Below are positions 26,540 through 37,849 of a stretch of DNA of 46,926 nt, piece after piece. The notes beneath the pieces were generated by a model. That model ran no database searches. It was not told the DNA's origin and saw only the letters and a list, made by a program, of their open reading frames with translations. The position numbers and the translations under genes are program-made. Every line of letters starts with the position of its first letter. Within the stretch, counting starts at the first letter, position 1. Source of the stretch: Ionaspis alba (lineage: Eukaryota); NCBI GenBank assembly GCA_964255285.1, contig CAXUUL010000047.1, forward strand, positions 1 through 46,926. Direction: 5' to 3'.

Positions 26540-27125
26540 CTAATTGTTCTTATATCTATCCGCTAGAGTGTCAGCCACCCTCCCGAAGCTTCCGTCAAGG
26601 ATAGATGAAAAGGACCATCTCACCCTTGCCTCGGTTTCTCCCCAGATCCACTCTGCTCCTTGTTCCAAAGTCGACTCTTGTACGCTGGCCACGTCGAGTA
26701 GTTCCACGCCTTGACCAGAATGCTGTCCGCCCACATTCGTTAGCCTATGTGTCCTGAAGCCCGTCCCTCGTCCCAAGAATCCTCAACTCAGGCTCTGACT
26801 CCAATAGAGCTCCCTTCCAGAGCTTCTGTCTCGTCCTCTGTAACCTCAAAATCAAGGCCTTCCACTGCAACCATAGCTGCTGCATACGAATGGTGTAGAT
26901 AGTGTTTCAAACTCACCTCTGTGTCTGCGCAACATAATTCTCATCCCGAACCTCCTTGACACCAACTTTCATGCCCTCGCGGCTGAACGTGACATTCTTT
27001 TTCTCCATCTTCTGCGCCGTCTTGTCTGCGATATCCGTAGCGATTGAGTATATGATGTAGCCAACAAGGCCTCCGACACCGACCACGAGGATCAATATGA
27101 AGAGGGGAAGGAGGGGATGCGCCAT
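26540..27125 (-). CDS. Small (~108 aa) fungal protein with an N-terminal TM helix; exons 27125-26917, 26722-26624, 26555-26540
   Basis: MAHPLLPLFILILVVGVGGLVGYIIY..KMEKKNVTFSREGMKVGVK..YVAQTQ spliced to SILVKAWNYSTWPAYKSRLWNK. Canonical GTGAG donors and GCTAAC/GCTGAC branch sites. The last acceptor is uncertain. Confidence 0.8.
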
Positions 27126-27525
27126 GTTGGAGTGGTTGCGGGTGCGACGTCGACGTTGGAAGGAGTAGTGAGATTCGTTGCAGGTTGTGGGAGTCGTGGA
27201 TGTTATGGGGAAATAAGTGTGATGTTGATAGGGGCACAGGAGGATGGGTTGGGGAGCCTGCGCACGAAAACGTCGATGTCGCTCGCCGAATATTGTGCGA
27301 CTGAAGTCAAATATTCGAGGGCATTGCTTGCTGAGTGTATGACGACGAAGTGATACAGGTTCTGGGACATTGATTGCGGACCCTGCACACAGCCGGTTTC
27401 AGCCAATGGGTGAGAAATGCCTGTGAATTTCACGTGAAGATCGAGTAACATAGGAAGAACTGCAGATCTATATATGTTGAGTTTGTTCCATAATTATCTA
27501 CCTGTCACCTGCTACAATTCCCCTG

Positions 27526-28874
27526 TTAGCCTGCCACATTCTCCGCCTTCCTCTCCCCATTGCTCCCTACCACTCCCTCCCTTACCTCCTCCCTCGCAGC
27601 AAATATTCCCCCAATAGCCTCCACAGTCGTATTGCCTCCACTCAACACAACACCGATGTCCCATCCCACCTCCCCACCCTCCCTCTCTACCATGCCACGG
27701 AACCCTTCATGAAACAACGCAACGGCCAACCCCACAACCGCACTAGGCTCCACCAGTACCTTCATCCTTTCCAACACCAGCCGCATAGCAGCCAGAATCT
27801 GCTCTTCGCTAACAGCATACACGCCCCGCACTTTCGTCTTGTCGTTGATCACAGTCCAGGGGATCTCACCTACAGGGGTGCGCAGGCCGTCGGCGATGGT
27901 GAGGGTTTTGACGCTTGTGATATGTTTGTTGGCTGCGAGACCGCGGGCAGCATCGTCGGCGCCTTGGAAGGAGGGTTCAGCTCCGAAAACGAGGATCCCG
28001 GTGCCGAAAAGGGCGGTGGCGACACCAGAGAGCATGCCGCCACCGCCGCAGGGAGCGATGACGGCATCAAGCTGGCCTGGAGACCTTTGGTGCTCTACCT
28101 GGCTGTCCACAAGGTTGTTGCTCTTAACCTCTCCATTTGTATATCCATTGCTCTTGTCAAGTCTCCTTGCTTGGACACTCAAATCCCCGTCCCCGGCGAC
28201 CAGCTCCCGCACTTGCTCTTCTAGCTCTAATGCCATTGTTCCTTGCCCTAGTATTATATCAGGGTGATCGTAAGGCGGGATTAGAATCGCGTTCGTTCTT
28301 GCTATCACGTCTTTGACGACTGCCTCCCGCTCTTCGGATGTGCTCCCGCTAAAGATGACTTCCGCGCCGTAGCCTTTTGTGGCAGCGATCTTAGAGGGTG
28401 TAGAGATGGTAGGCATGACGATAAAGGCTGGGACACCTCGTGTGCGAGCGGCTAGGGAGAGAGCTTGGGCATGATTGCCTATAGAGGGGGAAAGACTGTG
28501 GTGAGCCAACTGAGCCTCTTTGGAGGAAGGGTGTGCTGTCGCAGGGAAGCGATACCTGAGCTGTGTGTCACTACACCATGCTTCAGCTCTGCGTCGCTCA
28601 AGCGTGACAATGCATGGAAAGCCCCGCGTGACTTGAAGGCGCCGATGCGTTGGTAGTTTTCGCATTTGAAGAAGAAATTGATTCGTGGTTTCGTAGGGGA
28701 TTGTCCTTCAAATGCGGTCCCAATAAGTGCTTCCGGATACTGTGGCCTCGAAGCAAGTTCGTTGAGTGTTGTGCAGGTTAGAACTGGCGTACGATGGATG
28801 TACTGTTTGATGAGCTTATGAGCAGACTCGACAGACGATCGCTCCAAAGGAAGTGTCTTTGTGACATCAGCCAT
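27526..28874 (-). CDS. SRY1: PLP-dependent serine racemase / threo-3-hydroxyaspartate ammonia-lyase (fold type II); intron 28555-28479
   Basis: [17 protein letters not shown] (PLP lysine), spliced [51 protein letters not shown] and LSGGN. Confidence 0.88.
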
Positions 28875-29187
28875 GCTGTCACGGGCCAATTCACGTCACC
28901 TGCCTCGAGACTTTTCTGTACAGATTAGTATTGCTGGTCAATCAACGGCTCAGATAAAATCAATGAGAGCTTGCAGGATAGGCAAAATATTGAGATGTCA
29001 TTTTTGTAGCGCCCGAAGATGAACCGGCGCTGTCCTGCCGTTATCGGACAGGACATGCTCTCTATGGACAGGAGCATGAAAGCAGCAGACTTTTCTCCTG
29101 ACACCACAGAAAATTGTACAGAGGTATCACAGACACGCTAGATCAAATGACCAGTTTACAGTAGAAACCATCTTTATTTTCCACCTC

Positions 29188-30522
29188 TTATACGTTGTTC
29201 TCTGGTCGAAGTGACCTGTAACTCTGGTCAGTAGAAATCCTCAATTGTCAACCATTGAACCTTCGTACCTCACGGCCTTTCCGGCTCGCCAGATCTCCAG
29301 ATCCCTAATCTCTTGCATCTCCTTCTCGTACTTCTCTCTGTAATCAGGCTGCGAATTGTACTCCAAAGATCGCTTAGTCTCCNNNNNNNNNNNNNNNNNN
29401 NNNNNNNNNNNNNNNNNNNNNNNNNNNNNNNNNNNNNNNNNNNNNNNNNNNNNNNNNNNNNNNNNNNNNNNNNNNNNNNNNNGCGAGGAACATACCGTGG
29501 ATGCCACCCATCAGGCAGCCTCGTTCACCGTATAGGTCGGAGTAGACCTCCTTCTCAAAAGTGGTCTTGTAGAGGTATCCACTGCCAACAGCCACGCCCA
29601 GAGCCACAGCCTTCTCCTCTGCCTTGCCAGTAATATCTTGGTAGACAGCAACGGAAGAGTTGATGCCACGTCCCTCACGGAAAAGTGTGCGAACGGTACG
29701 GCCGGAACCTTTAGGCGCGACAAGGATGACATCGATTTCGGTAGGAACGTCAACTTTGGTTTGGTCTTTGAAGACTGGAGAGAAACCGTGGGAGAAGTAA
29801 AGAGTCTGGGACTCGTTAGGAAACCCAATATGGACGAGGAATATTTGTGGATGCTGACCTTGCCCTTAGTAAGCTGAGGTTTAATGGCGGGCCACGTCTC
29901 ACTTTGAGCAGCATCGCTCAAAAGATTCATGATGATCGTGCCCTTGGAGATAGCCTCGTCAACTTCAAATAAGTTGGTTCCTGGAATCCAGCCATCTTGC
30001 TGGGCATCCTTCCACGATTGACCGTTTTTCCGGACACCAATGATCACGTTCAGGCCGTTGTCGCGCAGATTGAGACCTTGCCCGTGTCCTTGAGAACCAT
30101 ATCCGATGAGTGCGAGTGTGTCGTTCTTGAAGTATTCCTATGCAGGTCATCAGTACATCCTCATCCAGGACCAAAGCTATCTGCCATAGGACACAGCAAA
30201 GCTTTGAAGTATATCTAGACATACCAGAAGCTTCTCTCGGGGCCAGTCCTCGCGCTCTTCATAACACGGTCAGCTTAGTCTGAAGCTGGGCACACTGTAG
30301 AAAAGGCTCACCAAATACTTTCTCCTTGTGACCGGCGAAGTCAATGGTCTTCACACCTCTTTTTTGCTGCAATCCAGCGTAAACAAAGGCTTTTGAAGCA
30401 TTTGGTAAGGTAGTCCTAGCGTTTGACAAAGCAGCAACGAATGTTCGACGCTGAGCAACTGGTGAAGTCAATTGCCGAGCTAGAGGAGTGCGCAGAGTTC
30501 TGCTGAAGCTTCGAGATGCCAT
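29188..30522 (-). CDS. ILV5: Mitochondrial ketol-acid reductoisomerase; at least 4 introns, interrupted by an N gap
   Basis: Mitochondrial presequence MASRSFSRTLR, GYGSQGHGQGLNLRDNG, NLLSDAAQSETW, VAPKGSGRTVR, EVYSDLYGERGCLMGGIHG and C-terminal EIWRAGKAVRSLRPEN. Confidence 0.97.
29383..29482. other. Scaffold gap (100 N placeholder) inside ILV5
   Basis: Exactly 100 N. The conserved ILV5 segment missing here should be longer than 100 nt. Confidence 0.98.
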
Positions 30523-30860
30523 TTCAAAGACAAGTCTTGTTTTCTGATTGTTGATTCGAGGATATGAGGCGGCTTCTGAATACTATGACTGTTTTGCTCA
30601 TACCACCGGCCTAGAAAATTGAATTTCTTGCCCAGAATGACAAGGCTGACACTAGCGCCAGCGAGATCGGCCCTCTTTTCCCACGAACCCCTACTCCTAC
30701 AATCTCCGGGGCTCTCAAAGTATGGAATACAGGCCGTAGCCAACAGGTTTGACCAGGATAAGCTATGCAAATGTATTTTGAATCATACATGCTGTAGTTA
30801 GATCCTCTTTTTGTACAGCTATCACGCCGTGAAATCAACCAAGAGATCTTCCAAGACCGT

Positions 30861-32686
30861 TTATTTGAATTGATCCTCCGTAACGCCCTTGCCCATAGCA
30901 CTTGTGCTGGAAACTCCTCCTGTAACCATCTTCAATAGATTATCCACGTAGTTTGCACCCGACCATTTCTGGTGAGTGACGACGTCGATTTTGGCTTCCA
31001 TCTCCGGCTCTTGAACGAGCTCGCCGTAAGCCCTCATGCCTGACTTTGCAAAATTCCTGGAGAACTGGTCCGAGATCAATGCAGTCGTGTGAAGACCAGC
31101 AAGAGTGATGAACTGCCAGCAATATCCTAATTTGCCGAGACGCTTGATGTACGTCTCCTGCTCGTCACGGGGCATGGCTGCTTTCCAATTGAAGGACGGG
31201 GATAAGTTGTATGCGAGTCTAATGTAGCTCGTCAGCACAGCGAAAATAACACCAGTATGGAACGAATGCTTACTTTTGCTCTGGCCATACGGCATGTACG
31301 CCATTAGCGAACTCTTCAGCCTGCTTGAAATCTGGCAGCTTGCTCTCCATCCATATCATATCGGCATATGGAGCGTAGGCGATAGCGCGGTTGATGGCAC
31401 AACTACATCCGCCTTGGTATCGGTAGAAACCTTCACGCGTTCTGGGTGCATCCCAGTCCCAATGGATGTCCACTCCGGTAATACCCTTGGCAATGGCTCT
31501 AGATTCTGCGTTGCTCTTGCCCCGCACAGCAGACAGATACTCTTTGATGAGAGCCTTCTTGTTGACATGCACACCGGCGTTGATGGTGTCAACGACAAAG
31601 TCGTCGAACAATTTCAGACCGGCTTGAGCAGTCCATTGGTCTTCGATTGCTTGCAACTGTTCACCGGTCTGTCCAGCTTGCTCGGCTGCTATCATGAGAT
31701 CGTTAAGGGGTTGGAGAGCAGGGTTGGTGGCGCCTAGAATGAATGCATGGTCTCGTGGATCGATCGTTGATGTGATCAATGTTGCAGCCTCAGAGTCTGT
31801 TCTTGCAACAGCAAGCAAGTCGGTACCTACGCAATGTTAGCAAATGATTATATCCATTTAGTGGCCGGTTGGACATACCCATAATATCTGCCTGAGCTCT
31901 GATTGCGACCAGTCGATTAATGTGCTCGCTGATGGGAACAAGAACTTTACCCGCCATGTGACCACATTTCTTGGTTCCTGGCGCTTGATCCTCGATGTGT
32001 ATGCCTGCCGCGCCCTTCTCGATAAATAGCTTTGTGAGCTTCATAATCGCCGTCAATCCTCCATGACCGGTATCCGCATCTGCGATGATGGGCCTCAAGA
32101 AGTCGGTATTGGCAATACTGGCTCTTTGGTTTTTAGGAGTTGTGATACGCTCTTCTCGCTGCTTTCGGTCGTGGAAAAGCTGAGCCATGAAAAGGTGCTG
32201 AACCTTATTGGGAACAGTATTCTACTTGAGTCAGCGCCGATGACGAGCATGCTCGAGATTTCCGGGGCTTACCATTGGGTAGTCCGCAAGATCTGGGGAT
32301 GGCTCATCTGTGGACGAAGCGGTCGAAGAGCACTGCCAGCCAGACACATAGACAGTATCGAGATATTTGGCCATTTGGGTGAGCATAGTCGGTTCCAGGC
32401 AGCCGTAGGTGAAGCTGGCATCTCCATTCTAATCTCCAATCAGTCGAAGATTCGGAGTAAATCCTGGTTTAGCAGCGCCAACCTTGAATCTGCCTTCCAC
32501 GATCTGCCATAACTTTTTACTCTGAGCATTGCTGGGATACTCGATCTTAAGATTACCTCGTTTGGCGACGATCTGTTCAGCAGTGAATGGCCGTTTTGTG
32601 TATCTCCATCTTGAGTCCTTCCACCATGACTTTACGGCCTTGACATCGTCCTGGTATTTCTGGTCTTCTTGGTCTAATGGAGACAT
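30861..32686 (-). CDS. ICL1: Isocitrate lyase, 5 exons
   Basis: [42 protein letters not shown], catalytic [37 protein letters not shown] and GVTEDQFK. Confidence 0.98.
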
Positions 32687-32880
32687 ATTGACGCGAGTAG
32701 AGGAGAGAGGGAGTTGCTTGATCTAAAGACCAAATCGACGAAAGAAATAGTGGTAGACAGATTTGTCTTTCGAAAACAATCAATGTAGTTACACGCGCAA
32801 TCGGAAAGGGTGCTGTTGAAATAATATGAGCGGGGTGGACTATAACATTCACAAGCTTTTGGCTCCCACGTAATAGGGAC

Positions 32881-32921
32881 ACCTCGGGCAAAAGGCACGA
32901 AACTGCGGCTACGCCCGAGGT
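32881..32921. promoter_or_regulatory. Inverted pair of FarA/FarB (Ctf1)-type CCGAGG elements upstream of ICL1
   Basis: ACCTCGGGC (32881-32889) and GCCCGAGGT (32913-32921) form a perfect 9-bp inverted repeat about 200 nt upstream of the ICL1 ATG. Confidence 0.65.
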
Positions 32922-33416
32922 TTGGGCGTCCGCATTGGGAGACTTCCATGGCTTTTTTGGCACCTAGTCATGTGAAGGATATCGTCCCTGCTCAGGGACT
33001 AGCTCTTCGAAGTCATAAACCAAGAAAAGCATGGCAATCTAGAATCCGGGGAAGATCGTGTGCCAGGACCCACGTGGAGAGAAAGAGCCCGCTAACCTCC
33101 AGAGGCAGAAAGTGAAGAGCTGCACGATTTGGCCGAAAGACATGGCAGTTATCTCTGTAAATATTTCCTTGCAACCTTGAGCAGATCCTTCAGGGCATCA
33201 GCCTTTTTTCTCTCCTTGATCTGAAGAGCGAATATGGAGGAAGTGGAGCTGATGCGGCTGAGACGCGTGACGTCTTTTCTACAGGGATCCTCGTCAACCT
33301 CGGTAATTCTATCTCGACTCATATGATTTCTGTAAACCACTATGTATCGCAGCCTTTTCTTTAGCATGGCATAGCTTATTTTGAACGAAGGGAAATAGCC
33401 TCACGTAAGGTTTGCA

Positions 33417-34310
33417 ATGGAAGAACTTCTCAGGAAGCATCGCCAGGAGCAACGCGATCTCCAATCTAGGGTCACACAGAAGAAGAAATCTGCATCAAAG
33501 AAAACCCGGAAAGGTGTCAACGACGAATGTGCCGAGCTGGAAAGGCAGCTAAAGGAGAAGCAGGAACTGGAACTATCCAGCTTGAACGACGGCGGCCCCA
33601 GCAGCAAGGAACTCGAGCAAGACATTTTGCTAGAGGAGAACGAAGAACAGCCGGACGATCTGAAGGTCGATAACCTCGAAGCGAAGGTGAAAGACTTATC
33701 GGAGAATGGTGCAGCTGAAAGCCCAGGTCAGGGCAAGAAACAAAGTCGCCAGAAGGCAAGGCTAGCCCGCCGTGCTGTAGAGCAGGAAGATGCTATTGCT
33801 AGAGCCGAAGACGAAGCTACTCTCTTACCCAACCTTAGGGAGCAGGAACGCAAAGTGATGCTCAACGAACTTCAAGCACGAAAACTCATCGAGAAGGACA
33901 TTCGGTCGGATGGTCATTGTCTTTACGCTGCCGTGGCTGACCAGCTCACCCATAACGGAGTCGAGCTCGCACCTCTGGATGGTACTATTACACAACAAGG
34001 CTACATAGTTACACGACGCGTTGCTGCAGAATATATTAGCAACCACCCAGAGGACTTCTCTGCGTTTCTCGAGGAACCTCTAGAGCAGTACGTTCATAAG
34101 ATTCGAAATACCGGTGAGTGGGGTGGACAACTGGAATTATCTGCATTGGCCAAAGCCTACAATGTGGACATCAACGTGCTGCAGGGCGACGGCAGAGTGG
34201 AGAATATCCAAGTAGGAACAAAACCCAAACAGACGACCCTATGGCTTGCATATTACAGACACTCATTTGGACTCGGGGAGCATTACAACTCGCTCCGATT
34301 GGCACCATGA
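33417..34310 (+). CDS. OTU2: OTU-domain deubiquitinase (Otu2/OTUD6B-like), single exon
   Basis: MEELLRKHRQEQRDLQ coiled N-terminus, Cys box SDGHCLYAAVADQL, GEWGGQLEL, His box YYRHSFGLGEHYNSLR. Confidence 0.93.
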   Translation: MEELLRKHRQEQRDLQSRVTQKKKSASKKTRKGVNDECAELERQLKEKQELELSSLNDGGPSSKELEQDILLEENEEQPDDLKVDNLEAKVKDLSENGAAESPGQGKKQSRQKARLARRAVEQEDAIARAEDEATLLPNLREQERKVMLNELQARKLIEKDIRSDGHCLYAAVADQLTHNGVELAPLDGTITQQGYIVTRRVAAEYISNHPEDFSAFLEEPLEQYVHKIRNTGEWGGQLELSALAKAYNVDINVLQGDGRVENIQVGTKPKQTTLWLAYYRHSFGLGEHYNSLRLAP

Positions 34311-34388
34311 AAACAGAATTCGCTCCACTCTATCTTCAGATTAACCTTGCGGCATGACTTTCCAACTGCCTGCAGCTCGACCGGGAGA

Positions 34389-35280
34389 CTAGAGCGGTTT
34401 GCTGTGTCCCCAAATACTCACCCAGTCGGTCCCTTTTCCGATTTCGTGCGTCCGCTCTGGTTGGAAGTGTTCGAGTCTTACCAAGCAGGACGGACTGGGA
34501 GGTCCCAAGTCCTTAGTCAACATGCGACCACTTTCGTCGTACGGTATAGCTTGGCCTGGGCGTCGCAGATGCTCGTGATATACTTCAGATGGTAGGGCCC
34601 AGGGAGGACCCCCAGAGGCTGGATCCTTGTATGTGGGGAACTCGATGCAGACAAGACGTGCATCAAGACCCGCTCCAAGCAGGACGTTGAGCTGCGCAGA
34701 CCAGGCTGGACGCATGCTTGGAGGAAGAGCGGAGAGAAACTATTCAGAACAATCAGCTGGGCACAACTGGCAGCACAATATGTGTGGGTGTGCATGCCGT
34801 GTAATCGTAGATCAAATCAAATTGCTGGTCTCCAACCTCCCCTAGCCATTCTTTGCTTCTAAAAAAGTCCCCTTTGATGAAGTGCACACTGCCATGGCCG
34901 ATACTCTCATCTCTTGTCGGATACTTGTTTCCATTCTTCTCCTGCTCCTCCCGACATCTTTGTATTGCGCTGTCGCTGATCTCGAGGCCGTATGCATCGT
35001 AGCCGAAGCTGGCAAGCAGCAAAACGTCGTAACCTCGACCGCAACCTGGGACTAAGGCTTTTGCTCTGCTGGTTCGTATGTCCCCTTGCCAGGTGCAAGT
35101 AGCCGTGCCAAGTACATTGACGTGCTGGGATAAGACGTCCTCGAATGCTGGGTTCGGCGCTCCCTTATCCCACGGAAGAAAATCTCCCGCATCCCACAGC
35201 CTCGACCAACGGTTGCCATGCTCATTTTCTGTCACTGAGAAGTGCTCAAGAAGACGAGCTCGTGCATCTGGAAGTGCCAT
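34389..35280 (-). CDS. SAM-dependent thiol/halide methyltransferase (TPMT/HOL family); exons 35280-34798 and 34739-34389
   Basis: LPWDKGAPNPA, ALVPGCGRGYDV, GLEIS, GDFF, spliced IYDYTFLSALPPSMRPAW, LVCIEFP and GGPPWAL. Confidence 0.9.
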
Positions 35281-35992
35281 CTTGATGGTGATACGACATG
35301 CAAAGATGCATCTTGCATCAGGGGGTCATCGAATAGAAGGCCCTCTCAAAGTGTAAGCTTCTTTCGCGACAGGCTAGAATCTACGTCGATCCACACCCTC
35401 CTGCACACTACTCCCCAAAGTGGGATGACACGCACAGCATCTCCGGGGGCGCACTACGCCATGTGGAACACCAAGTAGTGTCATCGGAAATAGAGGCAGG
35501 AGGCAGTTGAAGGACGGTCATTATTTTTGCTCGGGAAAAGGAGGGTGGCTTCCGTCCGATCTAAACCACTAACCCTAGCAATAGTCTGGCGGGAAAGACG
35601 TCACGGAAGAATCGGCACAGATATTACCAATGGAGGTGCTCATTGGATCAACCGGTCCAACAATTTTGACAGTAGGTAGGTAACAAGGCACATTAGGCTA
35701 GAGAGGGGAGGTCGTTACTTCCTATATAATGGATCTTGTAAGATCGTTTTCGCAATCATTTCTGATTGAAGCATTGCCAGCATTGCGTTATCTTTGAGTT
35801 CATTGCAGTATAGCTATCTCTAAACAGGTAGATACCAGTGATCTCCATAGCATTTTGTGTGGGTGTGGAGGCATATCTCAATACAGCTGTGGATTCAAAA
35901 AGCAAAAAGTGGCCTCACCTTCTTTATTTCCCTCTTTCTTCTCGCGAGGGCCTTCACACCATGATTCTTGATCCCTCTGCATCTACCGGAGT

Positions 35993-37849
35993 ATGACGGA
36001 CAGTGAGAAAGATCACACATCGTTGAAGGAAGAGAGGAGCTCAGTCGAATCTGTCAGCGATGGGGAACATTCGGAGACGGACAAGGAGACGCAGATATCC
36101 GCTCCTTCAACGGCGATCCCCGAGTCTGTCATTGGTAAGACCGACAACGAAGATATAGACGTTGAAGCACAAGTGCCAGACGCGGACGAAAGGCCGAGTC
36201 CGCCGGCCACCAAGGTCGCTAGGTCCCAACGAAGAGGCTTCCTCGGGCGACTCACTATACTTGCGGAAGTAGAAGAGCCGACCAATTATCCTAGATCGAC
36301 GAAATGGTTTATCACGTTCGTGGTAGCACTCGCTGCCATGGCAGCTCCTATGGGCAGTGCCATCCTTTTTCGTGAGTCGTTAAGTGCAAGCCATCTGGAA
36401 TGGTATACTAATGTCGGTGCATCAGCGTCACTAAATCAAGTGAGCGCGGAGCTCCATAGCAGTCCCACTATAACCAATCTTTCAGTCGCATTATATATGC
36501 TTTCAATGTCCATATTTCCACTCTGGTGGTCGTCATTCTCCGAAACTCTCGGGCGGCGCACTATCTACATCACATCTTTCTCGTTGTATTTGATTTGGAA
36601 CATATTGTCAGCTGTTGCTCAAAACATCTCCATGTTCATTATCATGCGAATCCTTAGTGGGGGAGCTGCCGCGAGCGTTCAGGCCGTCGGGGCCGGCACC
36701 ATTGCAGACATCTGGGAGCCAAAGGAAAGAGGCAGAGCTATGGGGATTTTCTACCTCGGACCGCTCATGGGACCGCTGTTCGCCCCAATCATAGGTGGAG
36801 GTCTCGCACTCGAATGGGGTTGGAGGTCGACGCAATGGTTTCTAGTCATTTATGGTGTACTTCTCCTTATCTTTCTCATATTCGCCTTGCCGGAAACGCT
36901 CAAGAACCGGACGCCTCTGGCAAACGACACAGAAGACGAGATAGGATCTTCAGATCGACCTGCTGCTGTCACCAGGGTCAGCTCCAGACGCTCCGTTCAG
37001 GTCAAGACACGGAAGACTGTCAAGTTACTGAAGCGTGCTTTCGTTGATCCTCTCAAGATCATTCTCTACCTTCGTTTCCCAGCCGTACTCATTACCGTCT
37101 ATTATGCGAGCATAACTTTTGGCTCGCTGTACGTCCTCAACATCAGTATCCAGGATACATTCTCGAAACCACCATATAACTTCTCAACCATTGAAGTCGG
37201 ACTGAGCTACATACCCAACTCCATTGGCTATGTGGCAGCAAGCTTGTTCGGTGGCAAGTGGACAGACAGTATTATGGCAAGGGAAGCAAAGAAGGCTAAG
37301 AGGTACGATGAGCATGGAAAACTCATCTACTGGCCCGAAGATCGCATGAGGGAGAATGCATGGATAGCCGCATTTCTTTATCCGGCCGCTTTGGTAAGAA
37401 ATCACGTGCATTGCCCTGCTTCCACTTCAAGTAACATTGTATACAGGTATGGTATGGATGGACCGCCGAAAAGGGCGTCTTCTGGGTCGTTCCTGTAAGC
37501 GTCGTCGCTAAGCACAGTGTAACCAATGAATGTACTGATTAGATTTTGACAGCTCGCTTCTGGTTTCTTTTTCGGTCTGGGTAGTATGCTCATCTTCTCT
37601 ATGGCCACTACGATGCTCACGGAATTCATGCCTCGGAAATCGTCGTCGGGGGTCGCCGTCAACAACTTTATTAGAAATCTGTTTTCTTGCGTGGGAGGTA
37701 TTATTGCCCAGCCTCTGATCACAGCGATTGGAAATGGATGGCTCTTTACAGGATTGGGCGTTATTGCGGCTTCCAGTAGTGTTGTTGTCTGGGCCATGAG
37801 ACACTACGGACCTCGGTGGAGAATAGCTATGGATGCGAAGATGAATTGA
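35993..37849 (+). CDS. MFS transporter, DHA1 (12-TMS, Qdr/Tpo-like); introns at 36372-36425, 37394-37446 and from 37495
   Basis: SFSETLGRRTIY (motif A), GAGTIADIWEPKERGRAMGIFYLGPLMGP, WGWRSTQW, LPET, PEDRM and NNFIRNLFS. Confidence 0.92.

Noticed and set aside
22163..28874. Possible secondary-metabolite cluster (GT-like, MFS, PLP enzyme)
   Set aside because: No PKS, NRPS, terpene synthase or cluster transcription factor, and the flanking genes are housekeeping.
29383..29482. Apparent frameshift or deletion suggesting an ILV5 pseudogene
   Set aside because: Caused by the 100-N placeholder gap; both flanks are intact.
30523..30860. Leu3/LeuB or Gcn4/CpcA sites upstream of ILV5
   Set aside because: No CCG-N4-CGG or exact TGASTCA found, only degenerate matches.
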